7,056 nucleotides of DNA from a virus (Duplodnaviria; Heunggongvirae; Uroviricota; Caudoviricetes). The notes under the pieces were generated by a model. That model was not told the origin of the DNA and made no database searches. It worked only from the letters and a program-made list of their open reading frames with translations. Below, one piece after another: positions 4,234-7,056 of the stretch. The position numbers were made by a program, and so were the translations under genes. The stretch is from positions 1-7,056 of the IMG/VR virus record IMGVR_UViG_2913167280_000008, one strand, 5' to 3'. Within the stretch, counting starts at the first letter, position 1. Each line of letters starts with the position of its first letter.

Positions 4234-7056
4234 GTGGCAACGGAGTACATCAGAAACTGGCAACAACCACGCCATGCAGTCGGTCGCGAGGGAACGGGGG
4301 AGCCTGTCCGCCCCTCCCTTCTTTCTTCCTGGCTGGATGCCTACCGGGCAGAGAACGAGCGCCGCCAGGAAATGGCTGATGCGGCGTTCTCCGCCACGCC
4401 GCTGGGCAATTTGATTAATAAAAACCTGGACGCACAGGAAAAACAGGACAAAGCCATCACACTGGCAAGAGAAGCCAGAAAACAGGCGTGTGGCGCGGTG
4501 GATGAAGCAATTGCCGCACTGCGCCTGCTGCCGTCCTATCTGCGAGATCCGCTTATCCGCCATCTCTCTTTCCTGCGCAAAAAACAGGAATCCGATCGTC
4601 AGAAAGGCAAAAAGAGCTGGCAGGCTGAACGCTACGCGCGCGGAACCCTGCGCAAAATATTCGAACGTCTGGAGCGCACCGACCGTCGCTGGCTGACACC
4701 GGGTTATCGCTCCCTTGCCGGGCGTGAACGCCTGGATGATTTACTTTACCTGCCGCAGCTCAACAAACACCAGATACAGACGCTGGCCGTCATGACAGCG
4801 GCGATGTTCAGCAGCACCTTCGAAAAACTCTGCGATGACTTTGGCGCGACCGATGGCGAGCTGACCATGGATATAACGCTGAAGGCGTATCAGCTGCTGG
4901 CCCGCATGGCGTTACATCTGCACACAGTGCCGCCGCATTATGACGCACTGACAACAGACAAAGACCGTAAGAGCGAACCGGACACGGAACTGCTGCCGGG
5001 CGCAATCCTCCGCCTGACCTGCGCGGACTGGTGGAAACGCAAACTGTGGCTTTTACGTTGCGAGTGGAGAGAGGAGCAACTCCGCGCTGCCTGTCTGGTT
5101 TCCAGAAAAACATCCCCCTATCTGAGCCAGGACGCATTAAGTGAATTTCGCGCACAGCGCGAGAAAACACGCGATTTCCTGAAAAGTTTCATGCTGGAAA
5201 ATGAAGACGGGTTCACGATTGATCTCGAGACGGTGTATTACGCGGGAGTAAGTAACCCGGTCCACCGTAAGGCAGAAATGATGGCCACCATGAAGGGGCT
5301 GGAACTTCTGGCCGAAGCCCGTGGCGACAGGGCGGTATTTCTGACCGTTACCTGTCCGTCAAAATATCACGCAACAACGGAGAACGGTCATCCGAATCCA
5401 AAATGGAACGGCGCCACCATGCGCGATTCCAGTGATTACCTGGTTAACACTTTTTTTAAGGCGGTCCGCAAAAAACTGAATCGCGACGGCCTGCGCTGGT
5501 ATGGCATCCGCACGGTGGAGCCACACCATGACGGCACCGTACACTGGCACATGATGGTCTTTGCACATTCTGAAGAAATCGACAGCATCGTGGACATCAC
5601 CCGTGATATTGCCATTCGCGAAGACCGCCACGAGCTGGGCAATGACATAACTCCGCGCTTTAAGGCAGAGTACGTTGACGGTTCGAAAGGTACGCCGACC
5701 AGCTACATCGCCACCTACATCGGAAAGAACCTGGACAGCCGCGCCGTGGATGGCATTGACCCGAAAACAGGCAAGCCACGCGTTGATCACGAAACCGGAA
5801 AATCAATGGCCGAGAGCGTGGAACGCGCCATCGGCTGGGCGCGCCTTCACCGCGTCCGCCAGTTCCAGTTCTTTGGTATCCCCTCCCGTCAGGTATGGCG
5901 TGAACTCCGCCGCCTTGCCAGTCAGATGGCCCGCAACCCGGAAGGTCCACAACGTCTGGAAAATGACGCAATGGATGCGGTACTCGCTGCCGCTGATGCC
6001 GGGTGTTTTGCCACCTACATTGAGAAACAGGGTGGCGTACTTGTTCCACGCAAGGATTACCTGATTCGCACCGCCTACGACCTCGCAGAAGAGCTGAACG
6101 ATTACGGCGAGCAAAGCGTACAGATTTACGGGATCTGGTCGCCACAAATCGGGGAATCTTCCCGCGTGTGCACGCACCCGGATAACTGGAAGCTGGTAAG
6201 ACGTAAACCGGAAGCGGAAGACAGCGCCAACGAAAATGGTTTTGACCTTCAGGGCGGCCCTGCCGCCCCTTGGACTCGTGGCAATAACTGTCCCCGTGTA
6301 CAGGAAACGGACAACAACGGGACAGAACAGCCGGAAGAACGGCCAGCACCGTGGCCGCAGCTTCCTGACGGCGTTGAAGTGAATGAATGGATGCGCTCAC
6401 TGAAACGGCACGAACGCCGGGCGCTGATGCGTTCGCTGCGTGACAAACAGGCAAAAAACAGCAGTGATGAAATGCAGAACTGGACACAGAGCCGCAAACA
6501 GCCGCGGCCTTTGCCTGATAACCACGAGTTACTCGCTAAAGAATGGCGGGAGTCTGCCGAATCTCTCGGCCTGCATATCGGTAAACAACAGATGCTGCAC
6601 CTGTTACGGGGCGGCAGTCTGTACGTTGACGGCAGCATCATTGCGCCGCAGGGATATGAAATTGTACGTAAACCGGATACCCGACCGGACAGCCGAATCA
6701 CGCAGCTCTGGCAGCGCCTGAGCCGTAATCACAGCGTAAGCAGCACGGAGATCCGCCATAACCCGGTTTCCAGCTATCTGAAACAGCTCGGTGCATCAGA
6801 CCCAGAAGCCGCCGCACGCCTGGCATCCACACTTCAGCAGGACCAGAACACCATGAAAACCCCCGTTACCGTGCTTTCTGACATGCTGCGCGCCATCCGT
6901 GACGCAGAGCACGCACAGAGAATCAGTGAAACCACTGAACGCGCCCACCGCAAAGCAGACCTGCTGCGGGGTGGCCTGACCCGTGGGAACAAAAAACAGA
7001 CAGAAACGGGATTCACAAATCCCGTAAATGAGCAAAAAACGCGCCGCGAAATATGA
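4234..7056 (+). CDS. A: Rolling-circle replication initiation endonuclease, P2 gpA family (HUH superfamily), 940 aa, complete with stop at 7054..7056
   Basis: GTG start with GGAG 8 nt upstream. HUH metal-binding motif in VEPHHDGTVHWHMMVF (H-W-H at nt 5542..5550, residues about 437-439). Tyrosine pair Y-x-x-x-Y in SYIATYIGKN (Tyr codons 5704..5706 and 5716..5718). Both motifs match my recollection of the P2 gpA active-site region. Position at the end of the early operon matches P2 gene order. Confidence 0.85.
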   Translation: MATEYIRNWQQPRHAVGREGTGEPVRPSLLSSWLDAYRAENERRQEMADAAFSATPLGNLINKNLDAQEKQDKAITLAREARKQACGAVDEAIAALRLLPSYLRDPLIRHLSFLRKKQESDRQKGKKSWQAERYARGTLRKIFERLERTDRRWLTPGYRSLAGRERLDDLLYLPQLNKHQIQTLAVMTAAMFSSTFEKLCDDFGATDGELTMDITLKAYQLLARMALHLHTVPPHYDALTTDKDRKSEPDTELLPGAILRLTCADWWKRKLWLLRCEWREEQLRAACLVSRKTSPYLSQDALSEFRAQREKTRDFLKSFMLENEDGFTIDLETVYYAGVSNPVHRKAEMMATMKGLELLAEARGDRAVFLTVTCPSKYHATTENGHPNPKWNGATMRDSSDYLVNTFFKAVRKKLNRDGLRWYGIRTVEPHHDGTVHWHMMVFAHSEEIDSIVDITRDIAIREDRHELGNDITPRFKAEYVDGSKGTPTSYIATYIGKNLDSRAVDGIDPKTGKPRVDHETGKSMAESVERAIGWARLHRVRQFQFFGIPSRQVWRELRRLASQMARNPEGPQRLENDAMDAVLAAADAGCFATYIEKQGGVLVPRKDYLIRTAYDLAEELNDYGEQSVQIYGIWSPQIGESSRVCTHPDNWKLVRRKPEAEDSANENGFDLQGGPAAPWTRGNNCPRVQETDNNGTEQPEERPAPWPQLPDGVEVNEWMRSLKRHERRALMRSLRDKQAKNSSDEMQNWTQSRKQPRPLPDNHELLAKEWRESAESLGLHIGKQQMLHLLRGGSLYVDGSIIAPQGYEIVRKPDTRPDSRITQLWQRLSRNHSVSSTEIRHNPVSSYLKQLGASDPEAAARLASTLQQDQNTMKTPVTVLSDMLRAIRDAEHAQRISETTERAHRKADLLRGGLTRGNKKQTETGFTNPVNEQKTRREI

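Noticed and set aside
4144-4696. Minus-strand 139-aa ORF (4144..4563) and plus-strand 68-aa ORF (4490..4696)
   Set aside because: Both overlap the 5' region of the gpA-family gene out of frame or antisense; no independent support.
4808-7035. Multiple ORFs nested in the initiator gene: minus-strand 4808..5170, 5359..5790, 5436..5648, 5660..6487 (275 aa), 5803..6177, 6249..6701, 6796..7035, 6834..7016, and plus-strand off-frame 5675..6064 and 6440..6721
   Set aside because: All fall within the motif-supported 940-aa reading frame; the GC-rich coding sequence generates long spurious frames, and their translations are Arg/Cys/Pro-rich and lack motifs. A genuinely embedded gene cannot be excluded without conservation data.
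1-7056. CRISPR array, tRNA or rRNA genes, IS elements or terminal inverted repeats
   Set aside because: No array of regularly spaced repeats, no cloverleaf-like conserved tRNA sequence and no transposase-like ORF were seen; the only repeats found are the short operator-like and inverted repeats reported above.

Overview
This window reads as the lysogeny and early-replication module of a P2-like temperate phage or prophage (enterobacterial in codon and GC style). It carries a leftward tyrosine integrase (1..1005) and a P2 C-type repressor (1102..1422), then a divergent operator/promoter region with three 10-bp-phased direct repeats, then rightward cox (1537..1824). After cox comes a tightly packed rightward operon of about ten small uncharacterised genes, and finally a 940-aa HUH rolling-circle replication initiator of the P2 gpA family (4234..7056). 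Three of the small genes encode predicted membrane proteins; two of these (35 and 37 aa) are below the ORF-track length cut-off and were found by hand, each joined to its neighbour by an ATGA start/stop overlap. I see no tRNA, rRNA, CRISPR array, IS element or att site in the window; it begins exactly at the integrase stop codon, so the attachment site lies off the left edge. The most likely place for anything undescribed is the cox-to-A block of small genes, none of which I can assign to a known family from sequence alone, together with the long low-complexity C-terminal tail of the gpA homologue. All homology statements come from recollection of P2 proteins and from motifs read by eye; no searches or computations were run.
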